Both the position numbers and the translations under genes were made by a program. From assembly GCF_050320075.1 (NCBI RefSeq), contig NZ_CP190018.1: 64,000 nucleotides of DNA. One strand, written 5' to 3'. This DNA is from Escherichia coli (GTDB taxonomy: Bacteria; Pseudomonadota; Gammaproteobacteria; Enterobacterales; Enterobacteriaceae). Shown here piece after piece: positions 23,055 to 34,558 of the stretch; the stretch's first letter is position 1, and each line of letters starts with the position of its first letter. The notes beneath the pieces are model-generated. The model saw nothing but the letters and a program-made list of their open reading frames with translations, did no database searches and was not told where the DNA came from.

Positions 23055-25025
23055 CTACGGATGGCAATGCTTTTCCTCATTCACCCAGATCCGCATTTCG
23101 CCTTCACCCCGGTTGGCCCAGCTAAACCACGGGATAAACGTCAGAATTTGCGGCTGGCGTTTGGCTGGCGCGCTGTCGTAATGCCACAGCGGTTGCTGCT
23201 CTGGATTGCTCTGTTCATACCGGTAACCCGGTGCCTGGATTAAGATCTTATGGCTGAACAATCCCTTACCTTCAAATGTCGTAAATGGCGCATCGGCGGG
23301 CAGCCACAGGTTATGCAGTGACTCGCCGTTGTCGGCCTGTTCCAGGCAATACACCAGCGGGCCGCGCTGAATCGCCACTTTTCCGGCGACGTGACGCACC
23401 AGAGGGTTACCGTAAACGCGGCGTACCGGCATCGGCAAAGTCAGATTCAGCGTATCGCCCTCCTGCCATTCGCGGGTAATGTGCAAATACCCTTTACGAA
23501 TATCCTGCTCGACCTCTTCCCCATTCAATATGATCTGCGGCTGTGTGCACCAGTCCGGCAGACGTAAAGCCAGCGTATGACGCACCGGCTGGGGCGATTC
23601 AACCGCAATTGTCACCTGTTCCTGCCACGGATAGTTCCCGCTAACCCGCAGGCGCAACGTGCCATTTTCTACCGGCACTTCCATGCTGTTTCCTGCGTAG
23701 ATGTTGATATACAACGCATCTTCACGCGGTGTGTAGAGATAATGACCAATCGAGGTCAGCACGCGGGCGATATTTGGCGGACAACAAGCGCAGCCAAACC
23801 AACGCTGGCGGATCGGTTTAACGTGATCGTAGATATGGTTGAATTTCAGCGATTTTGGATGTACTTCCAGCGGATTCACATAGAAGAAATGTTTGCCATC
23901 CAGTGCCATGCCGCCGAGCACAGTGTTGTACAGTGCGCGCTCCATCACATCGGCATATTGACTGTCGCCTTCCATTTCCAGCATTCGTCGGGCGAACATC
24001 ATCAGGCCGATGGAAGCACAACTTTCGGCGTAAACCGTGTCATTCGGCAGATCGTAATCGCTGCTAAACGCTTCGCCGCTGCTTTGTGAGCCAATGCCGC
24101 CGGTAATATATAACTGACGCTGGGCCATATTGTTCCACAGCCGCAGGCAATCCTGACGCTTGCTTTCATCGTGACTTAAACGCGCCAGATGTGCGACGCC
24201 AGTCATCAGGTAGACAAAGCGTACTGCATGTCCGATGGCGGTTTGTTGCTGTGCGATGGGCAAATGCGCCTGGCTGTAGGCTTTATCTTTCACCATCCAC
24301 GCCGGGCCGTAGGTGTGCCAGTGCGAGGTCTGCCCGCGCTTTTCATATTCCTGGTCGTAATAGTGCGGTTGCGCACCACGCTGTTCGACAAAATAGTTCG
24401 TCAGCGCCAGGTAGCGCGGCTCTTCGGTCACTTCATACAGGCGCATTAGTGCCAGTTCAATTTCCGGGTGACCAGGATAACCGTGTAACTTACTTTCACC
24501 TGGACCAAATACGCTGTCGATATGATCGGCCAGACGGCAAACCACTTCCAGCAAGCGCCGCTTGCCCGTGGCCTGGAAGAAGGCGACTCCGGCTTCAATC
24601 AGATGACCGGCGCAGTAAAGTTCATGACACTCCGCCAGATTGCTCCAGCGTTCTTCGGGCGCTTTTACCGTAAAGTAAGTATTGAGATAGCCATCTTCGC
24701 ACTGGGCGGAGGCGATCAGTTCAATCACCTCGTCAGCAGTTTTTTCCAGTTCGGCATCCGGCTTCTGGCACAGCGACCAGGCTACCGCTTCCAGCCATTT
24801 GGCGACGTCGCTGTCCTGAAACACCATCCCGTAAAATTCACCGTCTTGCAGTCCTGCGGCAATGCGAAAGTTTTCAATCGCATGGCTGGGTTCCGCTTCT
24901 GGGATACGATCGTTCAAGGCGTCCCACTGATAAGGAATCACCACATCGCGGACCAGTTGTTGGTACTGACCGAGGAACGGATCGCTGACCGTCAGTTTAT
25001 GCAGATCGACTTCCGAAATGTTCAT
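23055..25025 (-). CDS. Glycoside hydrolase family 127 (DUF1680; beta-L-arabinofuranosidase-like), about 656 aa
   Basis: ORF track 23055..25073 trimmed to ATG at 25025 with aaggag RBS (MNISEVDLHKL...); motifs YAESCASIG and WFGCACCPPN match the GH127 Zn/Cys site as I recall it from HypBA1. Confidence 0.8.
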   Translation of the reverse strand: MNISEVDLHKLTVSDPFLGQYQQLVRDVVIPYQWDALNDRIPEAEPSHAIENFRIAAGLQDGEFYGMVFQDSDVAKWLEAVAWSLCQKPDAELEKTADEVIELIASAQCEDGYLNTYFTVKAPEERWSNLAECHELYCAGHLIEAGVAFFQATGKRRLLEVVCRLADHIDSVFGPGESKLHGYPGHPEIELALMRLYEVTEEPRYLALTNYFVEQRGAQPHYYDQEYEKRGQTSHWHTYGPAWMVKDKAYSQAHLPIAQQQTAIGHAVRFVYLMTGVAHLARLSHDESKRQDCLRLWNNMAQRQLYITGGIGSQSSGEAFSSDYDLPNDTVYAESCASIGLMMFARRMLEMEGDSQYADVMERALYNTVLGGMALDGKHFFYVNPLEVHPKSLKFNHIYDHVKPIRQRWFGCACCPPNIARVLTSIGHYLYTPREDALYINIYAGNSMEVPVENGTLRLRVSGNYPWQEQVTIAVESPQPVRHTLALRLPDWCTQPQIILNGEEVEQDIRKGYLHITREWQEGDTLNLTLPMPVRRVYGNPLVRHVAGKVAIQRGPLVYCLEQADNGESLHNLWLPADAPFTTFEGKGLFSHKILIQAPGYRYEQSNPEQQPLWHYDSAPAKRQPQILTFIPWFSWANRGEGEMRIWVNEEKHCHP

Positions 25026-25035
25026 CTTGTGCTCC

Positions 25036-26436
25036 TTAAGGCTGTACATGACGCTGACGCAGGTCGCTAGCAATGCGTGACATCATAGGGTTATTGAGTT
25101 TGCAAAAGCGGATCGCCATCGCCAGCAGCAGGTGGAATAGCGCAGGCAGCAATGTTTCCATTGCTGTGATCCCGCCAAGCGAACTGGCGGTCTGGTTTTC
25201 CACGCCTGGCTGGTAGGCGACAAAAATAAACAGCAGGCTGATGATCCCGGCGCTGGAGGCCCAGGCCAGCTTGATGAAAAACAGATTGAAGGCGAAGTTC
25301 ATGCCGGAAGAACGTACGCGGGTTTTCCACTCGCCGTAGTCATCGGCAAAGGCCATCAATGAGAAGTGCAGTGGCAATGTGAAGCCAAGAATCACGCCAT
25401 TACCGAGGATCACCGCCAGCCACAGCGTTTGATAAGCCGGGCCAGAGGGCAGGAACCACATCAACACCGCCAGCGCAGCGAGGAGCAGGTTGGTGTAGTA
25501 GTAAATTTTGACGGTATCGAAACGCCGCGTTAATGGGCTGACAATCACCGAGCCGATAATGGAGGCGAAGGTGACCATGGTGAAGAACAGCGACGTGTAG
25601 CCCGTACTGCCTTGTAAGACGTAGGTAATGAAGTACATATACCCACCGCCGCGAATGTTAAAGACGTTAATCAGCAGGAAAGACATGACCAGCATCAGCA
25701 GTAGTTGGTCGTTGTTTCGCAGCCCGGCAAGATGTTCGCGCAGGGTAAATTTCCCCATTGTGGAGAGTGGCACCCGTTCACGAACCCAGAAGAAACAGCA
25801 CAGGAACATCACCACGGCAATGGCGCACAATACGCCGACGCCCAGTTGATAGCCGCGCGCGGCATTACCCTGACCGAAGAGATCTACCATCCACGGTAAG
25901 CCTACCGAAACCAGAAATCCCGCCACGCCGCAGAGAACGAATCGCCAGGACTGGCAGGAGATCACTTCATTGTGGCGGGTGGTCATGGTGTTGATCAGCG
26001 CGCAGTACGGCACGTTGATGGCGGTATAACCGACTGAAAGGAGCAGGTAAGTGCCGAACGCCCAGGCGATTTTTACTCCCATGCTGGCATCTGGCACGGT
26101 GAACGTCAGGATGCCGATAATGCCGATGGGAATGGCAATCCACAACTGCCACGGACGAAAGCGCCCCCAGCGACTTTGCGTCCGGTCGGCAATGACGCCC
26201 ATCACCGGGTCGGAGATGGCATCAAACACGCGCAGTGCAATAAACAGCGTGCCGACCAGCGCCGGAGTTAAGCCAAAAACGTCGGTGTAGAAAAAGGTGA
26301 GAAAGTTCATGATCAGGCAAGTTATTACGGTGCCGCCTGCGTCACCCAGGCCGTAGCCTATTTTTTCCCGTACAGATAACGCATCGTCAATTTTACCTTT
26401 AGCGATATCAGCGGTAGTAATCGGTGTAGAGGTCAT
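25036..26436 (-). CDS. GPH-family (MFS) glycoside-pentoside-hexuronide:cation symporter (466 aa)
   Basis: 12-TM-like hydrophobicity, N-terminal motif GYGLGDAGG, conserved D/R pattern typical of MelB/GusB-type symporters; 10 nt upstream of the GH127 start (operon). Confidence 0.8.
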   Translation of the reverse strand: MTSTPITTADIAKGKIDDALSVREKIGYGLGDAGGTVITCLIMNFLTFFYTDVFGLTPALVGTLFIALRVFDAISDPVMGVIADRTQSRWGRFRPWQLWIAIPIGIIGILTFTVPDASMGVKIAWAFGTYLLLSVGYTAINVPYCALINTMTTRHNEVISCQSWRFVLCGVAGFLVSVGLPWMVDLFGQGNAARGYQLGVGVLCAIAVVMFLCCFFWVRERVPLSTMGKFTLREHLAGLRNNDQLLLMLVMSFLLINVFNIRGGGYMYFITYVLQGSTGYTSLFFTMVTFASIIGSVIVSPLTRRFDTVKIYYYTNLLLAALAVLMWFLPSGPAYQTLWLAVILGNGVILGFTLPLHFSLMAFADDYGEWKTRVRSSGMNFAFNLFFIKLAWASSAGIISLLFIFVAYQPGVENQTASSLGGITAMETLLPALFHLLLAMAIRFCKLNNPMMSRIASDLRQRHVQP

Positions 26437-26661
26437 AGATATTCCTCGTGAATAGGGAGCAATTTTTAGTTTTATTGCAATGACCTGATTAATTCTGCCG
26501 TGAACGGGAATATCAACAAGGCGAGAAAAGAGTAAAAAAAGGTGACGATTCCGACCTGAATTTAAAAGTGTGAAATGGATCAGGTGAAATTAATGTTTTT
26601 GATTAATAATCAAAAGGTAATGTGTTTAATCATTAATGAATAAGCGGGAAATTACATATCA

Positions 26662-27477
26662 ATGCTCGAATTATCCATGACGTTACCGATTAAAGTGCAA
26701 AATGGTGGATTATTTATTTCCCGTGGCGTAGGGAGGCATCCGGCAAGGCGGCTGGAGTCATGGGAAATTATCTTTGTCGAAAAAGGTCGATTAGCGATTC
26801 AGGAAGAAGAGCGGATATTTCTGGTCGATGCGGGAGAGAGTTTATTACTCTGGCCGAACCGACAGCATGTTGGGGTAGAGGATTTTCCCGCCGATCTCAA
26901 ATTTTACTGGCTGCATTTTGAGGTTAAAGCGCCGGATAGCGACCCGCGCTGGCTCACTCATCTTAGCGTGCCGCAACAAACGAAGGTTGCCGATCCGCAG
27001 GCGCTGGTGGCCCTGTTTCGCCAGTTCTTAAGCGAACAGGAAAAGCATCAACGCACTCCGGCGCTGGAGTTTATTGTGCTGCTGATTTTGCAGCAGCTCA
27101 CCCGTGACGCGCGTCTTGATGAACAGGCCGATGCCGCAGGTACCACGCTTGCCTGGAAAGCGCAGAAACTGATCCGCACGCAATATCATCGCCCGCTTTC
27201 TACGGCGCTTTTAGCCCGCGAGCTGTACTGCAATGCCGATTATCTTGGGCGTGTCTATCGGCGGGTGTTTCATCTGACGTTAACAGAAGCAATTCATCGC
27301 CAGCGAGTGCGCGAAGCCGAAAAGCTGTTAATTAGCGAAGCGCGATCGCTCACTGAAGTGGCGGCGTTGTGCGGGTTTAATGACGTTGGCTATTTCCGGC
27401 AGATTTTTCGCAAACACACCGGTTTAACGCCAGCTGCGTGGAAGCGACGTTACAGCAAGGAACATATCAATTCGTAG
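26662..27477 (+). CDS. AraC/XylS-family transcriptional regulator (271 aa)
   Basis: N-terminal cupin-like sugar-binding region; C-terminal dual HTH (...EVAALCGFNDVGYFRQIFRKHTGLTPAAWKRR); divergent from the transporter-GH127 operon. Confidence 0.82.
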   Translation: MLELSMTLPIKVQNGGLFISRGVGRHPARRLESWEIIFVEKGRLAIQEEERIFLVDAGESLLLWPNRQHVGVEDFPADLKFYWLHFEVKAPDSDPRWLTHLSVPQQTKVADPQALVALFRQFLSEQEKHQRTPALEFIVLLILQQLTRDARLDEQADAAGTTLAWKAQKLIRTQYHRPLSTALLARELYCNADYLGRVYRRVFHLTLTEAIHRQRVREAEKLLISEARSLTEVAALCGFNDVGYFRQIFRKHTGLTPAAWKRRYSKEHINS

Positions 27478-27478
27478 T

Positions 27479-27500
27479 GCCGGGGCAATGAAGCCCCGGC
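27479..27500. terminator. Hairpin between convergent AraC-family gene and sgbE (bidirectional terminator candidate)
   Basis: gccggggc-aatgaa-gccccggc perfect 8-bp stem. Confidence 0.5.
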
Positions 27501-27508
27501 GTGAGGGA

Positions 27509-28204
27509 TTACTGCCCGTAATAGGCATTGGCCCCATGCTTACGCAGGTAGTGCTTATCCAACAGTTCGTTTTGCATCGCAGGAAGCTGCGGCGCAAGCT
27601 GACGCGAGAACAGGCCCATATAGGCACACTCTTCCAGCACCACGGCGTTATGCACCGCATCGGCGGCATTTTTTCCCCAGGCGAACGGGCCGTGAGAATG
27701 TACCAGAACCGCCGGGATTTGCGCTGGACTCCTGCCGCGTTCTTCGAGGGTTTCAATGATCACTTCGCCAGTCTGGTATTCATACTCGCCGTTGATCTCT
27801 TCTGCGGTCATCAGGCGCGTGCAGGGGATGGCTCCATAGAAGTAATCGGCGTGCGTGGTGCCCCAGGCGGGGAGATCCAGCCCGGCCTGTGACCAGATGG
27901 TGGCGTGGCGCGAGTGGGTATGCACAATGCCACCGATTTCGGCATAGCAACGGTAGAGCGCCAGATGCGTTGGCGTGTCGGACGAGGGCTTTTTGCTGCC
28001 TTCCACCACCTTACCGCTGGCTATCTCAACCACCACCATATCGTCGGCGGTCATCACGTCGTACTCGACGCCGGAAGGTTTGATTACCATCCATTGCCGC
28101 GTTTCGTCTACCGCGCTGACATTGCCCCAGGTGAACGTCACCAGATGGTGAGCGGGAAGTGCCAGATTTGCCGCCAGCACGTCGGCTTTCAGTTGCTCTA
28201 ACAT
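27509..28204 (-). CDS. sgbE: L-ribulose-5-phosphate 4-epimerase (231 aa)
   Basis: Class II aldolase/epimerase fold, AraD-like; recognised as SgbE. Confidence 0.9.
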   Translation of the reverse strand: MLEQLKADVLAANLALPAHHLVTFTWGNVSAVDETRQWMVIKPSGVEYDVMTADDMVVVEIASGKVVEGSKKPSSDTPTHLALYRCYAEIGGIVHTHSRHATIWSQAGLDLPAWGTTHADYFYGAIPCTRLMTAEEINGEYEYQTGEVIIETLEERGRSPAQIPAVLVHSHGPFAWGKNAADAVHNAVVLEECAYMGLFSRQLAPQLPAMQNELLDKHYLRKHGANAYYGQ

Positions 28205-29058
28205 ATAAATCCAGCCTCCTGCATACGCGCTTCAATCCAGCGCCGCGCCTGAATAATCTCCAGCACCGGCTCTTTGGCTTTTTCGGTCCACATCTCAATC
28301 AGGAAAGAACCGCGATAGTTCAGTTCATGCAGCGTTTTGAAGATGCCAACGAAATCGACGCAGCCTTCGCCAAACGGCACATCACGGAACTGTCCGGGGC
28401 TTTGCCCGGTGACTGGCCGGGTGTCTTTCAGGTGGATTGCGGCAATACGGTCAATGCCCAGTTTCAGTTCGGCGGGAACATCATTGCCCCAGGCGCTGAG
28501 GTTGCCGACGTCCGGGTAGACGGTGAACCACGGCGAGGCGAGCATCTCGTCCCATTTTTTCCATTTGCTGATGGAGTTCATAAACGCGGTGTCCATAATC
28601 TCCACTGCCAGCATGACTTGTGATGCCGCTGCCTGTTCAACCGCCCACGCCAGCCCTTCAGCAAACCGTTGCTGGGTGCCTTCGTCATGGTCCTCGTAAT
28701 AGACGTCGTAACCTGCCAGTTGAATAGTACGAATGCCGAGATCGCGCGCCAGGCGAATCGCTTTACTCATGATCTCCCGCGCCCGCTGGCGCACGGCGTC
28801 GTCCCGGCTACCAAAAGGAAAACGACGATGTGCGGACAGGCACATTGACGGAATAGCAACACCCGTTTCGATCATCGCAGTGACCAGCGAAGCACGTTGT
28901 GCGGCGCTCCAGTCAAGACGTGACAGACGCTCGTCAGTTTCATCCACCGACATTTCGACAAAATCAAAGCCGCAGCTTTTTGCCAGCACCAGCCGCTCCG
29001 GCCAGGAGAGATCTTTCGCCAGCGCTTTTTCATAAATCCCTAACGGATGATTACGCAC
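28198..29058 (-). CDS. sgbU: L-xylulose/L-ribulose-5-phosphate 3-epimerase (286 aa, GTG start)
   Basis: ORF track 28198..29148 trimmed to GTG at 29056-29058 ([13 protein letters not shown]...); overlaps sgbH stop. Confidence 0.82.
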   Translation of the reverse strand: MRNHPLGIYEKALAKDLSWPERLVLAKSCGFDFVEMSVDETDERLSRLDWSAAQRASLVTAMIETGVAIPSMCLSAHRRFPFGSRDDAVRQRAREIMSKAIRLARDLGIRTIQLAGYDVYYEDHDEGTQQRFAEGLAWAVEQAAASQVMLAVEIMDTAFMNSISKWKKWDEMLASPWFTVYPDVGNLSAWGNDVPAELKLGIDRIAAIHLKDTRPVTGQSPGQFRDVPFGEGCVDFVGIFKTLHELNYRGSFLIEMWTEKAKEPVLEIIQARRWIEARMQEAGFIC

Positions 29059-29713
29059 GCGCGCCTCCCCAGATAGCGTCGATTTGCGCATGGAAATCGC
29101 CAGCCACCTGCACCGGATTTGCTGCGCCTGCCAGCGCCCGTCCGGCAATAAACGCCTTTACGCGGATATCTTTAAACAGTGGCAGATCAGCAGGAGTAAT
29201 ACCGCCGGTAATGGAAAGCTCAAGGCCGATATCGGAAAGCGCCTTCATGCGTGCAAGATCGGCTTCGCCCCACTGTTGCCCGCTGGCTTGCGCGTCGCGA
29301 CCGCGATGATAAATCGCCTGCCGCACGCCAATACGATGCCAGTCGCGGGCGTCGTCCAGCGTCCAGTTACCGAACAGCTCTATCTGAATTTCACCGCCGC
29401 AGCGTTGCGCCATCGCGTGGCCTTTTTCCACCGTCGCGAGCGGTGCGGCGCAGATGATGGTCATCCAGTTAGCACCTGCGGTAAATGCTTGTTGAGCGAG
29501 CGTTTCACCGGCATCGGCGACCTTCCAGTCAGCGACGATGATTTTGTTCGGGCACTGTTCGCGCAAGGCTTTCACTGCGCCAAGCCCTTCGTTTAAACAG
29601 AGAATGGTGCCCGCTTCGACGATATCGACGCTGTCTTTTAACAGCATCACGTCGCGCTGTGCGTCTTCAAGTGATGAGTGGTCGAGGGCCAGTTGCAGAA
29701 GTGGTCGGCTCAT
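29051..29713 (-). CDS. sgbH: 3-keto-L-gulonate-6-phosphate decarboxylase (220 aa)
   Basis: OMP-decarboxylase-like; recognised as SgbH. Confidence 0.9.
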   Translation of the reverse strand: MSRPLLQLALDHSSLEDAQRDVMLLKDSVDIVEAGTILCLNEGLGAVKALREQCPNKIIVADWKVADAGETLAQQAFTAGANWMTIICAAPLATVEKGHAMAQRCGGEIQIELFGNWTLDDARDWHRIGVRQAIYHRGRDAQASGQQWGEADLARMKALSDIGLELSITGGITPADLPLFKDIRVKAFIAGRALAGAANPVQVAGDFHAQIDAIWGGARA

Positions 29714-31206
29714 AATGTGTGCTCCTTGATGCGGGCGTGAAAGCCCTGAAGTGCGGCAATGAGATGCTGATAGCGTTGGTATTTTTGTTGGTAAAGCTGA
29801 TGGGCGGTCATATCCGGCAGCAGGGTGCGTACCGGGTGCTGTAAATCACGTTGGGCTTCGCTGAAATCGCGATAAACCCCGGTGCCGACGCGGGCGGCAA
29901 GCGCCGCGCCAAAACAGCCGGTTTCTTCCACCTGCGGCAGTTCGATACGCAGCCCGCTGACGTCCGCCAGCATTTGCATCCAGACATCGGAATGCGCCGG
30001 GCCGCCAGTGACGCGCAGGGTGTGCACATCAGTAAAACGTTCGCGCATTCGGTTGAGATGGGTCATATGGCTGAACACCACGCCTTCATAAATGGCCTGC
30101 AACAGGTGTGCGCGGGTGTGAATGGCCTGCATCCCGTAGAAACCGCTGGTCATCTCGAGTCCGGCGTTGCTGCCGTACAGGAACGGCAGGAAAAAGAGAT
30201 CGCCCCCGGCCTTCGGCAAGCTGGCAACGGCCTGGTTAATCTCATCAAACGAGATTTCTCCCCACTGTGCGGTAAACCATTCGAGGTTGCCGGAAGAGGT
30301 GGGGCTGGCTTCGTGAACGATAAATTGACCATCGTTAACGTAGCGACCATAGACATACGGATGCGCTTCACCGTCACGTAAACCACGGGTTATTCCGCTG
30401 GTCACCGCCCAGGTGCCCATCACCGCATTAAGGGTAAATTCGTCTTCGATCCCGGCACAGAGTGCGGTGGAAACCACATCAAACAGGCCGCCGACAACGG
30501 GCGTACCCGCTTTCAGACCGGTCAGTGCGGCTGTCTGAGCGGTGATTTCCCCGCAGATTTCGGCAGATCCGACAACAGGCGGCAGGGCGTGGTTGATTTC
30601 AGCGATCCCCAGCCAGTCGGTGAGACACGGGTCATATTCCCCAAGACTCATGTTGTAGAGATTGGACTCGGAAATATTGCTCTCTTCACAGCCTTTGACG
30701 CCAGTTAAACACCAGCGCAGGTAGTCGTGCGTCATCATCACGCAGCCAATTTGCGCGTAGCGTTCTGATTCGTGCTCTTTCAGCCAGCGTAACAGCGACA
30801 CCGGATGCCCGGTCCACAAGGTTTGTCGGGTCAGCGGGTAGAGTTTTTCCGGGATGCCATCTTCCTGCCAGCGACGAACGATTTCCATCGCCCGGCGGTC
30901 CGAGGACAAAATAGCATTCCCGAGCGGCTTGTCGTTTTTATCCAGCAAAAACAAGCCCTTTCCCTGTGCGGAGATGCCGATACCGACTATTTGTTCCCCG
31001 CTAACACCAGAATGAGTAAGCAGGGGGCGAATGACAGCCATGCAGCATTGCCACAGTTCTGCCATATCGCGCTCTGCCCAGCCTGGCTGCGGGCTTAATG
31101 CGCACAGAGGCAGGCGTTGCACGCCTGCCTCCCGGCCTTCGCGGTCATACAGCCCGGCTTTCAGCCAGCTACCGCCACAATCTAACCCCAGCCAGTATTG
31201 CGTCAT
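29710..31206 (-). CDS. lyxK: L-xylulose kinase (498 aa)
   Basis: FGGY sugar kinase family; recognised as LyxK. Confidence 0.9.
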   Translation of the reverse strand: MTQYWLGLDCGGSWLKAGLYDREGREAGVQRLPLCALSPQPGWAERDMAELWQCCMAVIRPLLTHSGVSGEQIVGIGISAQGKGLFLLDKNDKPLGNAILSSDRRAMEIVRRWQEDGIPEKLYPLTRQTLWTGHPVSLLRWLKEHESERYAQIGCVMMTHDYLRWCLTGVKGCEESNISESNLYNMSLGEYDPCLTDWLGIAEINHALPPVVGSAEICGEITAQTAALTGLKAGTPVVGGLFDVVSTALCAGIEDEFTLNAVMGTWAVTSGITRGLRDGEAHPYVYGRYVNDGQFIVHEASPTSSGNLEWFTAQWGEISFDEINQAVASLPKAGGDLFFLPFLYGSNAGLEMTSGFYGMQAIHTRAHLLQAIYEGVVFSHMTHLNRMRERFTDVHTLRVTGGPAHSDVWMQMLADVSGLRIELPQVEETGCFGAALAARVGTGVYRDFSEAQRDLQHPVRTLLPDMTAHQLYQQKYQRYQHLIAALQGFHARIKEHTL

Positions 31207-31209
31207 GGT

Positions 31210-32196
31210 TTATTGCACCTCATCCACGGCTTTCAGCAGATCAGCTCCCTGCGGCACATCTTTAACAAACATGTCGCGAACCTGATTCCCCAGTGCGTCG
31301 CTAAAGGCTTTGCGGTCGAGATCGGTGATGACTTCCACGCCCGCTTCTTTCATGCCGTCGATGATTTTTTGCTGATCTTCGGCAACCAGTTTGCGCTGGT
31401 AGTTACCCGCTTCCTGCGCAGATGAGATCAGCGCCTGCTGGAACTCCGGGGTTAAGCCGTCAAACTTCGCTTTGTTGATCACCACCAGAAGTGGCGAATA
31501 GGCGTGGTGTGTCAGAGAAAGGTACTTCTGTACTTCGAAAAATTTTGCTGACCAGACGACGTTGATCGGGTGTTCCTGAGCGTCGATAGTGCGCGTTTCC
31601 AGCCCGGTATAGACTTCGGCAAACGGCATCGGGATCGGGTTAGCGCCAAAGACTTTGAATGCGGCGATATTCATCGGGCTATTGTTGGTGCGGATTTTCA
31701 ACCCTTTCAGGTCTGCGGGGGTTTTAACTGGTGCGCGGGAGTTGGTGACATCGCGCCAGCCGTTTTCCCAGTAGGCAAGTACTTTCAGTCCTTTACCTTC
31801 AAGTGAGGCTTTCAAATCATCACCGACTTTGCCGTCGAGCGTTTTATGCGCGTGGGCGGTATCGCGGAACAGGAAAGGGACATCAAGCAAGTTCATCACT
31901 GGTGATAACCCAGCAAAGTTATTCGAGCCGGACATTTCCATATCGATGGTGCCGCCACGTACGCCGCTGATCATCGCCTGCGCGTTACCGAGAGTGCTGT
32001 CCGGGAACAGTTTTAATTTCAGCTCGCCTTTGGTTCTCTCCTGCAATAAATCATTGAATTTTTTCGCCGCAATATGTTGCGAGTCGGTTTGTGAGGTTTC
32101 ATAACCGAAACGTAAAGACTGCGCCGCCATTGAAGATGTACTAAATGCAGCCAGGCCAGCAATGAATAATGCGTAGGTTACAGAGCGTAATTTCAT
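31210..32196 (-). CDS. yiaO: TRAP transporter substrate-binding protein (2,3-diketo-L-gulonate), 328 aa
   Basis: Signal peptide plus DctP-family sequence. Confidence 0.9.
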   Translation of the reverse strand: MKLRSVTYALFIAGLAAFSTSSMAAQSLRFGYETSQTDSQHIAAKKFNDLLQERTKGELKLKLFPDSTLGNAQAMISGVRGGTIDMEMSGSNNFAGLSPVMNLLDVPFLFRDTAHAHKTLDGKVGDDLKASLEGKGLKVLAYWENGWRDVTNSRAPVKTPADLKGLKIRTNNSPMNIAAFKVFGANPIPMPFAEVYTGLETRTIDAQEHPINVVWSAKFFEVQKYLSLTHHAYSPLLVVINKAKFDGLTPEFQQALISSAQEAGNYQRKLVAEDQQKIIDGMKEAGVEVITDLDRKAFSDALGNQVRDMFVKDVPQGADLLKAVDEVQ

Positions 32197-32208
32197 AATA
32201 TTTTCCTT

Positions 32209-33486
32209 TTAATTAATCCATTTCAAAGGGAGGATGATGAGATCGGGAATAAAAACAAATACGACTAATAATGAATATAAAACCAGGACGTAAGGGAAAA
32301 CGCCTCTGACTGCATCATCGAATTTGAGTTTTGCCACCCCTGAAATAACGTTAAGCACATTACCGATAGGCGGTGTAATTAAGCCGATTGAGCAGTTAAT
32401 GATAAACATGACACCGAAATAAATCGGATCGATTCCTGCCTCTTTAACTAAAGGCATTAATACCGGGGTAAGAATTAATACCGTCGGCGTTAAATCCATG
32501 ACCATGCCGACAATCAGGATAGCCACCATAATGACGATAAACAGCAGACGCGGTGAATCGACCAGCGGTTGCAGTAAATCAGAAACCATCATCGGCAGTT
32601 CAGCAATGGTGATCAGCCAGGCGGAAACTTGTGCCGAGGCCACCAGAAACATCACCACTGAGGTCGTTTTCGCTGCGCCAATGAGCACATGCCAAAGTGT
32701 GGCGAAGGTCATTTCACGGTAAATAACTGTGGCGACAAACAGCGCATAGAAAGCAGCAACGGCCCCGGCTTCGGTAGGGGTAAACAGACCGGAGCGAAAC
32801 CCGCCAATAATGATGACTGGAAGAAACAGCGCCCAGATACCGGAGACAAAAGAGTGCCAGATTTCCTGCATCGTTGCTTTTTGCTGGCGGGGTAAATTAA
32901 GGCGACTGGCCTGCCACCACCAGGTAAGCATCAGCGTTGCGCCCATCATCATGCCAGGGGCAATGCCCGCCATAAACAGCTTACTGATGGATAATCCGCT
33001 GGAAACGCCGAAAATAATAAACGGAATGGAAGGGGGAATAATTGGCGCGATAATGCCGCCAGAGGCAATCAGCCCCGCCGCCCGGTTGACCGGGTAGTTG
33101 GCGCTGCGCATCATCGGCACCAGTAGAGCGGCAACGGCGGCGGTATCCGCAACGGCAGAACCAGAAAGGCTTGCCATAATCATAGCCGCCAGCACGCCGA
33201 CGTAGCCCAGCCCGCCTGGTTTATGCCCCACCAGTTTCATCGGCAGGTCAACAATGCGTTTTGACAAGCCGCCCGCATTCATGATTTCACCCGCCAGCAC
33301 AAAGAACGGAATCGCCAGCAGGGAGAAGCTGTCGGCTCCGTTCACCAGCGTTTGTGCCATGATCTGGACATCAAACATGTCCAGCCAGAACATTAACGCC
33401 GCTCCGCACAACAACAGTGCCCAGGCAATAGGCAAACCGATAGCAATACCACCCAACAGACAGCCCAGAAAAATCAGCACAGCCAT
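32209..33486 (-). CDS. yiaN: TRAP transporter large permease (425 aa)
   Basis: DctM-family polytopic membrane protein. Confidence 0.9.
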   Translation of the reverse strand: MAVLIFLGCLLGGIAIGLPIAWALLLCGAALMFWLDMFDVQIMAQTLVNGADSFSLLAIPFFVLAGEIMNAGGLSKRIVDLPMKLVGHKPGGLGYVGVLAAMIMASLSGSAVADTAAVAALLVPMMRSANYPVNRAAGLIASGGIIAPIIPPSIPFIIFGVSSGLSISKLFMAGIAPGMMMGATLMLTWWWQASRLNLPRQQKATMQEIWHSFVSGIWALFLPVIIIGGFRSGLFTPTEAGAVAAFYALFVATVIYREMTFATLWHVLIGAAKTTSVVMFLVASAQVSAWLITIAELPMMVSDLLQPLVDSPRLLFIVIMVAILIVGMVMDLTPTVLILTPVLMPLVKEAGIDPIYFGVMFIINCSIGLITPPIGNVLNVISGVAKLKFDDAVRGVFPYVLVLYSLLVVFVFIPDLIILPLKWIN

Positions 33487-33488
33487 GA

Positions 33489-33962
33489 TTAAGCTCCTTG
33501 CGGTGGCGACGTTAGAGAATTGCTACGCGTGATGAGTTGATATAAATGACGCAGTTCAAAGAATGCGATAACGAGGCTGGTGGGCAGACAAGCGGCATAC
33601 ATCAGGCCGATAGGCAAACCGAGGATCGGTGAATAATCGCTCCAGTCCTGAATTGTTTTTAGCGTTGCGCCCCAGGCCAGTGCGCCACAAATAAATAAGA
33701 TTAAGGAATGGGTAACCAGAGCGACTCGTCGCTGCCATGCGGGGGAGAGTTTCTCCACCAGAAAGGTGACCTGAACGTGGGCGTTATCCATAAAAGCCAC
33801 AATCGCGCCAATAAATGTTAACCAGACAAATAAATAACGTGACAATTCATCTACAGATAAAATGCTTGTCTGAAAACCATATCTTAAAATAATGTTTATA
33901 AACACAATACAGGAAAGTACGGCGAGATTAATCGCCAGTATTGCTTCAAGTATTTTTTTCAT
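33489..33962 (-). CDS. yiaM: TRAP transporter small permease (157 aa)
   Basis: DctQ-family 4-TM protein. Confidence 0.88.
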
Positions 33963-34079
33963 AGCTATTCCTTGAGGCTATGTCTGTCATAATTCAAGTT
34001 GCATGTGCAGCAACCTAAATTATTAATATAGTTAGAGCAATAACATTACCCAGGCGTTCTGGCGTAGACGATTATTCGA

Positions 34080-34550
<471 letters not shown>

Positions 34551-34558
34551 TTATCTCC

